Source: Alphaproteobacteria bacterium
Lineage (GTDB): Bacteria > Pseudomonadota > Alphaproteobacteria > UBA828
Length of the DNA: 64,000 bases
Direction of reading: 5' to 3'
NCBI GenBank assembly: GCA_963422645.2
Contig: CAXXVO010000007.1
Location: 808,542-872,541, forward strand
Shown here: positions 11,700 to 29,560 of the stretch, piece by piece
Numbering within the stretch: position 1 is the stretch's first letter
Layout of the letters: every line of letters begins with the position of its first letter
Program-made: the position numbers and the translations under genes
Notes under the pieces: model-generated
What the model was told of the DNA's origin: nothing
Seen by the model: the letters and a program-made list of their open reading frames with translations, nothing else
Databases searched by the model: none

Positions 11700-12713
11700 A
11701 TGAGCAGGACAGGGAAAGATCTGATCGTAAGCGTGGCGGCGGGTGCCGCCATTGTGGCGCTGTTCGCAAGCTTCGAACTGGTGGAGAGCCTGTTCGAGCT
11801 CACACGCGAGTACGAAGACTGGGATCTGGACGAGATCATCGCCTGCATCCCGGCGCTCGCCATCGTGGCAACGTGGTTTTCCCTGCGGCGTTGGCGAGAG
11901 GTCTCGGAACTGAACAGGACCCTGAACGGACAGGCCATCGAGCTCGCCGACGCGTTGGAGCAACGCCGGGCCATGGAGGAGCAGCTTCGCGAGGGGTACG
12001 AGGTCGCCGCCATGGGGACGCTTGGTGGCGGATTCGCCGGTGAGCTCCGTCGCGTGCTGGAGCCGATCGCAGGGCTTGCCGAGGAGGGACTCGAGCAGAG
12101 CGCCGCAGTCTCCGACGAGAAGATCCGACTGGAAGGGATCTCGGACGCGGCAAAGGGAGGTCTTGCGATCGTCAGTCGAATGCTCGCGTTCGGCGACGGC
12201 GGCATGCGGGTGCCGAAAACCATAGTGGCGGCCGACGGGGTGTTGGAGAGCATTTCGCTTGCCGGGGAGGCGCTCGATCCCGTCCCGGAGATCACTTGCC
12301 GCACCACCGACGACGCTTCCCGAATCCACGTCAACCCTTGGGAGCTCCACGAAGTCGCAGCACAGATCGTTACCAACGCGGCTGAGGCGACGGGCTCAGG
12401 CGGGCGGATGCAGGTGACCGTCGAGCGCACAGCGATCGATCCGCAGGGTGCAGAGGCGCGAGGCTTGACCGCCGGCAGCTATGTCCGGGTCACGGTGGAA
12501 GACGACGGACCGGGGATTCCACCGGGGCTCCAGGGCCAAGTGTTCGAGCCCTTCTTCACGACCAAGGGGGCGGGGGATGGCAAGGGCCTCGGGCTTGCCA
12601 TCGCCTATAGCCTGGTGCGCGGGTGGAAGGGCGATTTGTCGGTGGATTCCGAACCGGGAAGGGGCGCAATCTTCGAGATATTGATCCCAACCAGAGATGC
12701 GGACGAATACTGA
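11700..12713 (+). CDS. Membrane-anchored histidine-kinase-like protein lacking the phospho-acceptor His
   Basis: Two N-terminal hydrophobic helices; H-box region GTLGGGFAGELRR; intact N, G1 (DDGPGI), F (FEPFFTTK) and G2 (GKGLGL) boxes. Confidence 0.8.
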   Translation: MSRTGKDLIVSVAAGAAIVALFASFELVESLFELTREYEDWDLDEIIACIPALAIVATWFSLRRWREVSELNRTLNGQAIELADALEQRRAMEEQLREGYEVAAMGTLGGGFAGELRRVLEPIAGLAEEGLEQSAAVSDEKIRLEGISDAAKGGLAIVSRMLAFGDGGMRVPKTIVAADGVLESISLAGEALDPVPEITCRTTDDASRIHVNPWELHEVAAQIVTNAAEATGSGGRMQVTVERTAIDPQGAEARGLTAGSYVRVTVEDDGPGIPPGLQGQVFEPFFTTKGAGDGKGLGLAIAYSLVRGWKGDLSVDSEPGRGAIFEILIPTRDADEY

Positions 12714-12906
12714 ATAACAGGTGGAAGAACTTGGAGAGATCAGGAGATTCGATCGCTGGAAGCAGCCATCGAAGGGTCCGCTGGCGGCATCGCAATTCGC
12801 GTCTGCAACATTGTGGATCAGGGCCGATTCCTGTAGCCTATATGTCATGAGGACCGAGTCACGACGCGTGGCCTAATTCCTTGTCTTCCAATAATCTTTC
12901 CGGTCA

Positions 12907-15613
<2,707 letters not shown>

Positions 15614-15621
<8 letters not shown>

Positions 15622-16120
15622 GCGGGTCGGCCTCTATCCCGGAACCTTCGACCCGATCACCACGGGTCACCAGGACATCATCAAACGTTCCCTTAGAGTG
15701 GTGGACAGGTTGGTCGTGGGGATTGCCGTCAACGCCGGCAAGAGCCCGCTCTTCGACGTGGACGAGCGGGTGGCCCTCACCCAACAGGACCTCGAAGCGC
15801 TCGGTCTCAAGCCGCCGCAGCTAGAGGTCCGCAGCTTCGACAGCCTGCTCATGCACTTCGCTCATGAGGTCGGCGCCACTGTCATCATGCGCGGGCTGCG
15901 CGCGGTAGCCGATTTCGAGTACGAGTTTCAGATGGCAGGCATGAACTCCAGGCTCGACCAGGGTGTGGAGACCGTGTTCCTGATGGCGTCGGAGCGGCAT
16001 CACTTCATCGCCTCCAAGCTGGTCAAGGAGATCGCCTCCCTCGGCGGCGACGTGTCGAGCTTCGTCTCGCCGCTCATCGCACAGCGACTCGCCGAGCGGT
16101 TCGGGACGCCGCCTCCCTGA
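15614..16120 (+). CDS. coaD: Phosphopantetheine adenylyltransferase
   Basis: [24 protein letters not shown]. Confidence 0.97.
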
Positions 16121-16144
16121 GGCAGGCGGCGCCGGCGGCCAGCG

Positions 16145-17173
16145 GTGCGTGTCGACCCCTTCGATTTCGACCTCCCACGCGAGGCAATCGCGACACGCCC
16201 CGCCCGTCCGCGCGATTCGGCGCGCCTGCTGGACCTGACCACCGGCCTCGCCCACCGTGGCATAGCGGATCTCCCGGCCCTGCTGCAGCCGGGCGACATG
16301 ATGGTCTTCAACGATACGCGGGTAATCCCGGCGCGCCTTGTGGGCCGGCGGGGCGAGGCGAAGGTAGAGCTCACCCTGCACCGGCGCGTCGCGGACGACC
16401 GCTGGCAGGCACTCGCCAAGCCCGCGCGGCGGCTTAGGCCGGGGGACAGGGTGCGCTTCGCCGGAGATTTTTGGGCCACGGTCGAGGCGCGGGATGGGCC
16501 GGAGGTGAGCCTGGTCTTCGACCGGGGCGGTACGGCGCTCGCCGAGGCGCTGCAACGCCACGGCGCCATGCCGCTGCCGCCCTATCTCCGCCGCGCCGCC
16601 GACGCGCGCGACCGCGATGATTACCAGACCGTGTTCGCACGCTGTGAGGGCGCCGTCGCCGCCCCGACTGCCGGTCTGCATTTCACCGAGCGAGTGCTGC
16701 AGGCCATCGACGCGCGCGGCATCGCGCGGCGTTTCGTCACCCTCCACGTCGGTGCCGGCACGTTTCTGCCGGTCTCGGTCGAGGACACCGCCGATCACCC
16801 GATGCACGGCGAGTCTTGCGTGCTCACGCCCGACACAGCCCTCGCCATCAACCGCTGCCGCGCGGCCGGCGGGCGCATCGTCGCGGTGGGCACCACCGTC
16901 GTGCGACTGCTGGAGAGCGCCGCCCAGCCCGATGGTAACGTCGAGGCGTTCGCCGGCGAGGTCGATCTCTTCATCGAGCCGGGTTATCGCTTCAAGGCTG
17001 TCGACTTGATGCTGACCAACTTCCACCTGCCCCGTTCCACGCTCTTCATGCTGGTCTGCGCCTTCGTCGGCACCGAGCGGATGAAGGCGGCCTACACGGA
17101 GGCTCTTGCGGCAGGCTATCGCTTCTACTCCTACGGCGACGCCTGCCTGCTCGCGCGCGGGGAGGCCCCTTGA
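16145..17173 (+). CDS. queA: S-adenosylmethionine:tRNA ribosyltransferase-isomerase
   Basis: [44 protein letters not shown]. Confidence 0.97.
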   Translation: MRVDPFDFDLPREAIATRPARPRDSARLLDLTTGLAHRGIADLPALLQPGDMMVFNDTRVIPARLVGRRGEAKVELTLHRRVADDRWQALAKPARRLRPGDRVRFAGDFWATVEARDGPEVSLVFDRGGTALAEALQRHGAMPLPPYLRRAADARDRDDYQTVFARCEGAVAAPTAGLHFTERVLQAIDARGIARRFVTLHVGAGTFLPVSVEDTADHPMHGESCVLTPDTALAINRCRAAGGRIVAVGTTVVRLLESAAQPDGNVEAFAGEVDLFIEPGYRFKAVDLMLTNFHLPRSTLFMLVCAFVGTERMKAAYTEALAAGYRFYSYGDACLLARGEAP

Positions 17174-18288
17174 GCCTCGGCTTTGCCGTCGAGGCGACGG
17201 ACAGCCACGCCAGGCTTGGCCGGCTGGAGACCGCCCATGGGCCTGTACACACGCCCGCGTTCATGCCGGTTGGGACCCAGGCAACGGTTAAGGGGCTCAC
17301 GGTCGATGCCGTGAGGGCAAGCGGCGCGGAGATGGTGCTTGCCAACACCTATCACCTGATGATCCGCCCCGGCGCAGGCCGTATCGCCCGTCTCGGCGGC
17401 CTGCGCAGGTTCATGAACTGGCCGGGGCCCATCCTCACGGATTCGGGTGGCTTTCAGGTGATGTCGCTCGCCCAGCTCCGCACCGTGCAGGAGGACGGCG
17501 TCGTCTTCCGCGCGCACACCGACGGCTCCCGCCATCATCTGACGCCGGCGGGCGCCATGGAAATCCAGCATGCGCTGGACAGCAATATCACCATGGTGCT
17601 GGACGAATGCACGCCCTATCCGGCCAGCGAGCCGGAGGCGGCCGACTCCATGCGCCGCTCCATGCGCTGGGCCGCGCGCTGCAAGGAGGCGTTCGTGCCC
17701 AGGCCGGGCTATGGGCTCTTCGGCATCGTGCAAGGCGGCGTCTACCCTGAGCTACGGGCGGAGTCGGCGGCAGCGCTGACGGAGATCGGCTTCGACGGCT
17801 ACGCCGTGGGCGGGCTCGCGGTGGGCGAGGGGCAGGCCCAAATGCTGGCGGTGCTCGATGGGCTCGAGGGCGCGTTGCCGGCGGAGCGGCCGCGTTACCT
17901 GATGGGGGTAGGCACGCCGGACGACATCGTGAAGGCGGTCTGCCGTGGGATCGACTTATTCGACTGCGTGCTGCCCACCCGCTCGGGCCGCACCGCGCGC
18001 GCCTATACCGCGAGCGGCACCCTCAACATGCGGAATGCCCGACACGCCGAGGACCCGTCGCCGGTCGATACCGCCTGCGCCTGCCCCACTTGCGCGGACT
18101 ACAGCCGCGCCTACGTCCACCACCTCTTTCGCACCGGCGAAATGCTCGGCCCCATCCTGCTGAGCCAGCACAATCTCTACGTCTATCAGCGGCTGATGGC
18201 CGATCTGCGCGCCGCGATCGCAGACGGGCGCCTCGACACCTTCGCGGCGGCGCAGGGAAGGGGCGGGGAGGCCGAGGAAGACGACTGA
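17170..18288 (+). CDS. tgt: Queuine tRNA-ribosyltransferase
   Basis: [32 protein letters not shown]. Confidence 0.97.
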   Translation: MSLGFAVEATDSHARLGRLETAHGPVHTPAFMPVGTQATVKGLTVDAVRASGAEMVLANTYHLMIRPGAGRIARLGGLRRFMNWPGPILTDSGGFQVMSLAQLRTVQEDGVVFRAHTDGSRHHLTPAGAMEIQHALDSNITMVLDECTPYPASEPEAADSMRRSMRWAARCKEAFVPRPGYGLFGIVQGGVYPELRAESAAALTEIGFDGYAVGGLAVGEGQAQMLAVLDGLEGALPAERPRYLMGVGTPDDIVKAVCRGIDLFDCVLPTRSGRTARAYTASGTLNMRNARHAEDPSPVDTACACPTCADYSRAYVHHLFRTGEMLGPILLSQHNLYVYQRLMADLRAAIADGRLDTFAAAQGRGGEAEEDD

Positions 18289-18297
18289 CCGGTGAGG

Positions 18298-19059
18298 TCA
18301 GTCGCCGAAGCTCTTGACCCGCTCTGCCGTCTCGGGGTCGAGGAAGCGCTGCACCGTCGCCTCGGTCTCCAGCGCTAGCGCGCCCTCGATATCGAGGCCG
18401 CCCGCCCGGTTGAGCACCCGCTTGAGGTCGCGCACCGCGCCCTGGGGCAGGACGGCGATACGCGCGGCCGTCTCGTGCGCCGTCTCGAACACCGCATCGT
18501 CCGGCACCACGCGCCAGGCGAGGCCCATCTCGTGCGCGTCTGCGGCGCCGAAGGTCTCGCCGAGCAGGAGCAGTTCACGGGTCTTCGCCAGCCCCACGAT
18601 GCGCGGCAGGATCGCCGTTACGCCGCCGGTCGGGAACATGCCCCACTTGATCTCCGGGAAGAAGCACCTGGTGCCCTCGCCGAAGACGGCGAGGTCGCAG
18701 TTGATCGCCCACTCCAGCCCGCCGCCCACGGCCCAGCCGTGAATGGCGCCGACCACCACTTTGTCGCCCAGTACCAACCGGCGCGAGACCTCCTGGATCG
18801 CCTCGATAAAGGCCCGGGTTTCCACTTCGCCGGCGGTCTGGTTCTCGATCTCCTTGAGGTCATCGCCGGAGCAGAAGGCGCGTCCCGCCCCGCGCAGGAC
18901 CAACGCGCCCACGCCATCGTCGGCAAGCGCTGCATCGAGTGCTGCGCAGAGATCGGCGAGCAGCGTGTCGTTGAGCGCGTTGAGCCGTTCCGGCCTGTTG
19001 AGCGTGAGCGTGGCCACTCCCGCCGTCACCTCGGTGAGCACGGTACCCGCCATCCTCAA
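18298..19059 (-). CDS. Enoyl-CoA hydratase/isomerase family protein
   Basis: LNRPERLNAL, AFCSGDDL, AVGGGLE, FPE crotonase motifs. Confidence 0.9.
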   Translation of the reverse strand: MRMAGTVLTEVTAGVATLTLNRPERLNALNDTLLADLCAALDAALADDGVGALVLRGAGRAFCSGDDLKEIENQTAGEVETRAFIEAIQEVSRRLVLGDKVVVGAIHGWAVGGGLEWAINCDLAVFGEGTRCFFPEIKWGMFPTGGVTAILPRIVGLAKTRELLLLGETFGAADAHEMGLAWRVVPDDAVFETAHETAARIAVLPQGAVRDLKRVLNRAGGLDIEGALALETEATVQRFLDPETAERVKSFGD

Positions 19060-20354
19060 TCCTCCCGGATCAGCCGCTGCGTCTTGCCGCCGGTGCGCGG
19101 CAGCGAGCCAGGCGGCAGCAGGGTCACGTTGGCCGAGGCGCGGAGCGTCGCCTTGATCGCCTCTTCCACCCGTGCGGCAAGCGCGCCCGAGGCCGCGGCG
19201 CCTTCCTCCATCTCGGCTTCCACCGGCAGCCGGTCGTAAGGTCCGCTCCCCTTGAGCCGAATGCGGAATTCTCCCGAGAGCGCGTCGAAGCCGCCGATCA
19301 CGCCGCCGACGGCGGTGGGAAAAATATTGACGCCGCGCACCACCACCATGTCATCGCTGCGACCGAGGACGCGGAAGCGGGTCGCCTCGCGCCCGCAGGT
19401 GCACATGCCCGTGCCGGTGATCACGATCACGTCGTTGGTGTGAAAGCGCACCAGCGGTTGCGCCTCGCGCTTGAGGTGTGTCAGCACCAGCTCGCCGCGC
19501 GCGCCCTCGCGCCAGGGCACCGGCTCGCCGCTCTCCGGCTCGATCAGCTCCGGGTACAGCACGTCCTCCCCTAGGAAGTGCAGGTCGTTGTTGGCCCAGC
19601 ACTGGCTCGCGAAATTGCTGAACACGTCGGAGACGCCGTAGTTGGCGTTGCGCGCGGTCAAGCCCCAGACGGATTCCAGGCGTTCACGAAAGCTGGGATT
19701 GTCGAGCCCCGCCTCGCCGCCGAAGAGGCCGAGCCTCAGCCCCAGGTCACCTGGCGCGAGGCCCGGGAAGTGCTCCGCGATCGTCCGCTCCAGGACGGCG
19801 GGGTAAGAGGGCGTGCAGTGGATCACGCTGACCTTGAGGTCGAGGATCGTGCGCACCAGCAATTGGCTGTCTCCCGCGCCGAAGGGAATTACAGTCGCGC
19901 CGGTGGCCTCGAGGGAGAGATGATCGCTCACGCCACCCATCCACATCCGATAGTTGAGGCAGTGGACCGTGAGCGTCCCGGTGGTGAGCCCCGCGGCCTG
20001 GAAGCAGCGCGCGCCGACCTCGGCCGTCTGCGCCGCGTCGGCCTCAGTCTGGGCGATGTTCATGGCCTGGCCCGTGGTGCCGGAGGTGCGATGCAGGCGG
20101 ATGACGAACTCGCGCACGGCCGCGAGGTAGTCGCCGAAAGGCGGATTCGCCGCCTGGGACTCGCGCAGCATTGCCTTGTCGCAGAGGGGGAGCGCAGGCA
20201 GGTCCTTCAGCCGCTCCGGCACTGAGCGGCCAGCCCACAGCCGAGCGAAGAAGGGCGATCGCCCGATCACGTAAGCCCGCTGGGCACGCCAACGCTCTTG
20301 CTGGAGTGCGGCAATGCCTTCAGACGGCCGAAGCGCCTCGCTTACAGGGCTCAT
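19056..20354 (-). CDS. Phenylacetate-CoA ligase family (PaaK-like) AMP-forming ligase
   Basis: TSGTTG, GRSDDMVVVRGVNIFP, LPRTGGKTQR. Confidence 0.85.
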   Translation of the reverse strand: MSPVSEALRPSEGIAALQQERWRAQRAYVIGRSPFFARLWAGRSVPERLKDLPALPLCDKAMLRESQAANPPFGDYLAAVREFVIRLHRTSGTTGQAMNIAQTEADAAQTAEVGARCFQAAGLTTGTLTVHCLNYRMWMGGVSDHLSLEATGATVIPFGAGDSQLLVRTILDLKVSVIHCTPSYPAVLERTIAEHFPGLAPGDLGLRLGLFGGEAGLDNPSFRERLESVWGLTARNANYGVSDVFSNFASQCWANNDLHFLGEDVLYPELIEPESGEPVPWREGARGELVLTHLKREAQPLVRFHTNDVIVITGTGMCTCGREATRFRVLGRSDDMVVVRGVNIFPTAVGGVIGGFDALSGEFRIRLKGSGPYDRLPVEAEMEEGAAASGALAARVEEAIKATLRASANVTLLPPGSLPRTGGKTQRLIRED

Positions 20355-20396
20355 GGGTTACGACCCCGCGCGCATTCGGCCGCGTCCGCGAGCGGC

Positions 20397-24907
<4,511 letters not shown>

Positions 24908-24911
<4 letters not shown>

Positions 24912-26356
24912 GCGGCTGCCTCCCTCACGCCGTCGCGCTCGTCAGCGTTCGCCTGGATATAGCGGTGGATTGAGCGCGCGGCGTCGCGCCCGTCCTTGAT
25001 CGCCCATACCACCAAGGAGGCGCCGCGCACGATGTCACCGACGGCGAAGACGCCGTCGAGGCTCGTCATCATGGTGCTCCAGTCGATCAGCAGCGTGCCC
25101 CAGCGCGTCGTCTTGAGCGCGGGCTCTCCGAACAGCGCTGGCAGGTCCTCGGGGTCGAAACCGAGCGCCTTGATCAGCAGGTCGGCGTCGATGGAATAGC
25201 TCGAGCCCGGTATTGCCTGGGGCGTCTGACGCCCGCTGGCATCGGCGACACCAAGGTGAATGCGCACGGCGCGCACGCCCTCCACACTTGTGTCGCCGAG
25301 CACGGCCTCGGGCGCGGACAGCCAGACGAACTCGACGCCCTCCTCCTCGGCGTGGGTGACCTCCTGCATGGAGCCCGGCATGTTCACGCGGTTGCGCCGG
25401 TAGAGGCAGCGCACCGACCGTGCTCCCTGGCGTACCGCCGTGCGCACACAGTCCATCGCCGTGTCGCCGCCGCCGACGACAACGACGTTCTTGCCGCTGG
25501 CATCGAGGGTGCCGTCGTCGAAGGCCGGCACCGAATCGCCCAGCCCCTTGCGGTTGCTGGCGGTGAGGTAGTCCATTGCCTGGAAGATGTTGCCGAGGCC
25601 GATCCCCGGCACGGTCATGTCGCGCGCGTTGTAGGCCCCGGTTGCGACCACGAGCGCATCGTGCCGCGCGCGGAGCTCTTCGAGCGAAATGTCGCGCCCG
25701 ACTTCGACGTTGAGGTGCAGGTGCACGCCGCCTTCGATGAGCAGGTCGGCGCGGCGCTGGACGATGGTCTTCTCCAGCTTGAAGTTCGGAATCCCGTAGA
25801 TCAGCAGGCCGCCCACCCGGTCATAGCGGTCGTAGATGTGGGCCTGATAGCCCATCCGGCGCACTTCCTCGGCGACGGTCATCCCACCGGGGCCGGCGCC
25901 CACGATCCCCACCGATTGCGGGCGCTCGACCCTGGGCCTCGGCGGCTTGACCCAGCCGTTGCGGAAGGCCGTGTCGGTGATGTAGCGCTCTACAGCGCCG
26001 ATGGTGACCGACTCGAAGCCCTTTTCGATCACGCAGTTGCCTTCGCAAAGCCGATCCTGAGGGCAAATGCGGCCGCAAATCTCGGGCATATTGTTGGTGG
26101 CGGAGGAAATCTCGTAGGCTTCTTCCAGCCGCCCCTGCGCCGTCAGCATCAGCCAGTCGGGAATGTTGTTCGAGACAGGGCAGTGAATCTGACAAAACGG
26201 GACCCCGCACTGGGAACAGCGCGCTGCCTGGTCGGAGGCGGCCTCCGGGCGGTAGTCGTCGTACACCTCTCCCCAGTCGCGGCGGCGGAGCGCCGGCGCC
26301 CGCTTGTCCGGGTGCTGCTGCTCGAGCGTGACGAACTTGAGCATGTCTGAGCCCAC
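24908..26356 (-). CDS. gltD: Glutamate synthase small subunit
   Basis: RCSQCGVPFCQIHCP, GRICPQDRLCEG, GGGDTAMDC; start GTG 26356 or ATG 26344. Confidence 0.96.
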
Positions 26357-26668
26357 GCGCTCTCTCCCTAGCGTTTCTGCGTGGCGACCGCCGCCGCCAC
26401 CGGTCTTGCGCTGATGCCCCAACGTACTATAGCGGCATGTCGGTGTGCGCGCTAGGCAATTCGACTCTTTGCGGCAGTAACATTGTCTAAAAGTTGCGGC
26501 GCGTGCTCCACGAAAATTCTCGGTGAGCGGTCGGACCAATGCTCGCGCCGATTTTGGGTCCGATACGCGACGATACGTCACGAGCGGCGCATCGTGCCTG
26601 ATCGGGCCAGCGATGGTATAAGCGCGCCGCCGCCCCGAGTCGGTCGACAGTGAGGCAGCAGCACGGCC

Positions 26669-27478
26669 GTGCCGTTTCTTCATATCGTCGTTCTCACGAT
26701 CATCCAGGGCATCACCGAGTTTCTGCCGGTGAGCTCCTCCGGTCATCTGGTGCTGGTGCCATTCGTCACCGGGTGGCAGGATCAGGGGCTGCTCATGGAC
26801 GTGGCAGTGCACGTCGGCACGCTCGCTGCAGTCCTGGTCTATTTCTGGCGCGATCTCGGGCAAATGCTCCTCGGCTGGATCGGCGGACGCTGGCGGCGGC
26901 GGGACCGGCAGCTGGGTCGGGCGCTCGGCTTCTATCTGGTGGTCTCGGCGGTCCCGGTCATCATCGCAGGCGGCGCGATCTACGTGCTGGGACACGAGAT
27001 GCTCCGCAATCCGGAGGTCGTTGCCTGGGCGACCATCGGATTCGGGTTCCTGCTCTACGGCGCCGATCGCATCGGGCTCACCGTGCGAGAGGTCGAGCAC
27101 ATGACGCTCGGTCATGCATTCCTCCTCGGCCTCTTCCAGGTCCTCGCGCTGATTCCGGGCGCGAGCCGCTCCGGCGTCACCATGACGGCGGCGCGCTGGC
27201 TCGGCTACGAGCGGCCGGAGGCGGCCCGCTTCGCGATGCTCATGTCGATCCCGGTGATCGCGGCGAGCGGCGCGGTTGCCGGCTACGAGGTCTGGCAGCA
27301 GGGCGACCCGTTCGTCACCGCCGACGCAGCTCTGGCAGCGGCGCTCTCCTTCGGGGTGGCGCTCGTGGCAATCGCGCTGCTGCTCGCCCTACTGCGGCGC
27401 GTGAGCTTCACGCCCTTCGTGATTTACCGCCTGCTGCTGGGCGGGGCTGTTCTGGTCTGGCTCTACTACTGGTCGTGA
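26669..27478 (+). CDS. uppP: Undecaprenyl-diphosphate phosphatase
   Basis: QGITEFLPVSSSGHL, ALIPGASRSGVT. Confidence 0.96.
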   Translation: MPFLHIVVLTIIQGITEFLPVSSSGHLVLVPFVTGWQDQGLLMDVAVHVGTLAAVLVYFWRDLGQMLLGWIGGRWRRRDRQLGRALGFYLVVSAVPVIIAGGAIYVLGHEMLRNPEVVAWATIGFGFLLYGADRIGLTVREVEHMTLGHAFLLGLFQVLALIPGASRSGVTMTAARWLGYERPEAARFAMLMSIPVIAASGAVAGYEVWQQGDPFVTADAALAAALSFGVALVAIALLLALLRRVSFTPFVIYRLLLGGAVLVWLYYWS

Positions 27479-27513
27479 CGCGCCGGCGCGTCCGGCTGAC
27501 GGTTCGCGCCGGC

Positions 27514-28515
27514 TCAGGTCTCGCCCACCGGAGCGGATTCGGTGTTGCCGCGCCGGTAGTCGCGCAGATAGGTCGGCAGAATGAGCTCGGCTGCCGTCGC
27601 CTCGACGCCGAGGTCGGCAAGTCCCGGCTTATCGGGCGCCACGACGTTGTCGATCCTGAGCAGCTTGACCTGATCCGGCGTGAGCGGCGGGATCGGCGCG
27701 AACTGCAGAAACTTCGCCATCACCGCCGCCCCGAAGAAGGGCACCGGCACGCAGAGCGCCTTACGGCCGGTCTCGCGCGCGACCAGCGCCATCAACTCGG
27801 CGTAGCTGTAAATCGAGGGCCCGCCAAGCTCGTAGGTCTTACCCTCCGCCGCGTCGTCGCCGAGCGCCCGCTGGGCGGCCTCGGCGATGTCGCCGACGAA
27901 GACCGGCTGGAAGCGCGTGGTGCCCGCCTCGAACTCCGGCGTGAGGAAGAGCCCGTCGAGCTTCATCTTCGGCATGCCGTCGAAGAAGAGCGGCAGCACC
28001 GGGAGCAGACGCACCATGGACGCGAAGCGATTGAAGAAATCGTCCTCCGGCCCGAACACGAGGCTCGGCCTGAAGATGGTGGCGTTGGGGAACGCCCCCC
28101 GGACCGCCGCCTCGCCGGCCGCCTTGGAGCGCGCATAGTCCGAGGGCGAAGCCGCGTCGGCACCGATCGCCGAGACATGAAGCAGATGCTTGATGCCGGC
28201 CTCCGCCGCAGCGCGCGCAATGCGGTCGGCCGAGGCCACGTGGACGGCATAGAAATTCTGCCGGCCGCGCTCGTAGAGAATGCCGGTCAGATTGATGACG
28301 GCGTCCGCGCCGGCGACGGCGCGCCGCACCGACTCCTCGTTCCGCACGTTGGCCTGGACCGGCACGATCTGGCCGACATCGCCGCACGGGCGCAGGAATC
28401 CGGCGAGCTCCGGCCGCCGCGTCGCGACACGGATGCCGTAGCCCTCCTGCGCCAGCCGCTGGACGATGTGGCGCCCGAGAAACCCGGTCCCGCCGAAGAT
28501 GGTGACGATTTGCAA
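27514..28515 (-). CDS. Complex I NDUFA9-family NAD-dependent epimerase/SDR
   Basis: TIFGGTGFLGRHIV, GDVGQIVPVQANVR, YARSK, VFGPEDDFFNRFA. Confidence 0.92.
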   Translation of the reverse strand: MQIVTIFGGTGFLGRHIVQRLAQEGYGIRVATRRPELAGFLRPCGDVGQIVPVQANVRNEESVRRAVAGADAVINLTGILYERGRQNFYAVHVASADRIARAAAEAGIKHLLHVSAIGADAASPSDYARSKAAGEAAVRGAFPNATIFRPSLVFGPEDDFFNRFASMVRLLPVLPLFFDGMPKMKLDGLFLTPEFEAGTTRFQPVFVGDIAEAAQRALGDDAAEGKTYELGGPSIYSYAELMALVARETGRKALCVPVPFFGAAVMAKFLQFAPIPPLTPDQVKLLRIDNVVAPDKPGLADLGVEATAAELILPTYLRDYRRGNTESAPVGET

Positions 28516-28679
28516 CTCGACTCCGTTCGCCCGTCGCTGCCAGTGATGAGTTCCGTCTATCTAGGACAACTCGCGGTGATCAGCCAGAGAAAACCACGCC
28601 GTCATATCTGTTGCCCCGCACGGCGGGCCTGCGGGACATCGCGTTGACATCGCCCGGCCTGCGGACTAGGCAGCACGCC

Positions 28680-29297
28680 ATGGCTCAGCACCTCCATCGC
28701 GGCGATCTGCCGCCGGGGCTCACCTTCGGCGATTCGGTGGCCATCGACACCGAGACGATGGGCCTCAACCCGCATCGGGACCGGCTCTGCCTGGTGCAGC
28801 TCTCGCGCGGCGACGGCGACTGCCATCTGGTCCAGCTTCCCCCGGGCGAGCCCATCGACGCGCCCAATCTGGCATCGCTGCTGGCCGATGAGGCGGTGCT
28901 GAAGATCTTCCACTTCGGCCGCTTCGACATCGCGGTGCTCGTGCACGCGCTCGGGGTCCGGTGTGCGCCGGTCTATTGCACGAAGATCGCCTCCCGCCTT
29001 GCGCGCACCTTCACCGACCGCCACGGCCTCAAGGACCTCTGCCGCGACCTGCTCGGCGTCGAGATATCCAAGCAGCAGCAATCCTCGGACTGGGGCGCGG
29101 ACCGGCTCTCCTCCAGCCAACTCGACTACGCCGCGAACGACGTCCTCCACCTGCATCCGCTCAAGGAGAAGCTCGACGGGATGCTCGCCCGCGAGGGGCG
29201 CACCGAGCTCGCCGAGGCCTGCTTCGCCTTTTTGCCCCACCGTGCCCGCCTCGATCTCGACGGCTGGCCCGAGGTGGACATCTTCTCCCACGACTAG
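28680..29297 (+). CDS. rnd: Ribonuclease D-family 3'-5' exonuclease
   Basis: VAIDTETMGL, KIFHFGRFD, QQQSSDWG, YAANDV. Confidence 0.9.
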   Translation: MAQHLHRGDLPPGLTFGDSVAIDTETMGLNPHRDRLCLVQLSRGDGDCHLVQLPPGEPIDAPNLASLLADEAVLKIFHFGRFDIAVLVHALGVRCAPVYCTKIASRLARTFTDRHGLKDLCRDLLGVEISKQQQSSDWGADRLSSSQLDYAANDVLHLHPLKEKLDGMLAREGRTELAEACFAFLPHRARLDLDGWPEVDIFSHD

Positions 29298-29560
29298 CGC
29301 GCGTCTGTCTTCGGCTGTTGCGCGACAGGCCGCGACCGAAACCCGCCGGGGCCAAAGCGCAAATTTTTTGCCGGGATTCAGCGGGATTGGGCGGGACAGG
29401 CGGGATCGGCAGAATGCCCCGCGCGCAGAATGTGAGCCCGCTCGTGCAACCGTCCCGCCTGTCGTCGCCTGATCGCTCGCGCACCGCATGGCGCGACAGT
29501 GGCGCAGACGGCACCCGCCGTGCTCCGTACCATGGTCCGGGGAGCGGGTTCAGAGCGCGG

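Noticed and set aside
28516-28679. tRNA gene, as sometimes found between the NDUFA9-like gene and rnd
   Set aside because: No cloverleaf, T-loop GTTCRA or CCA end seen
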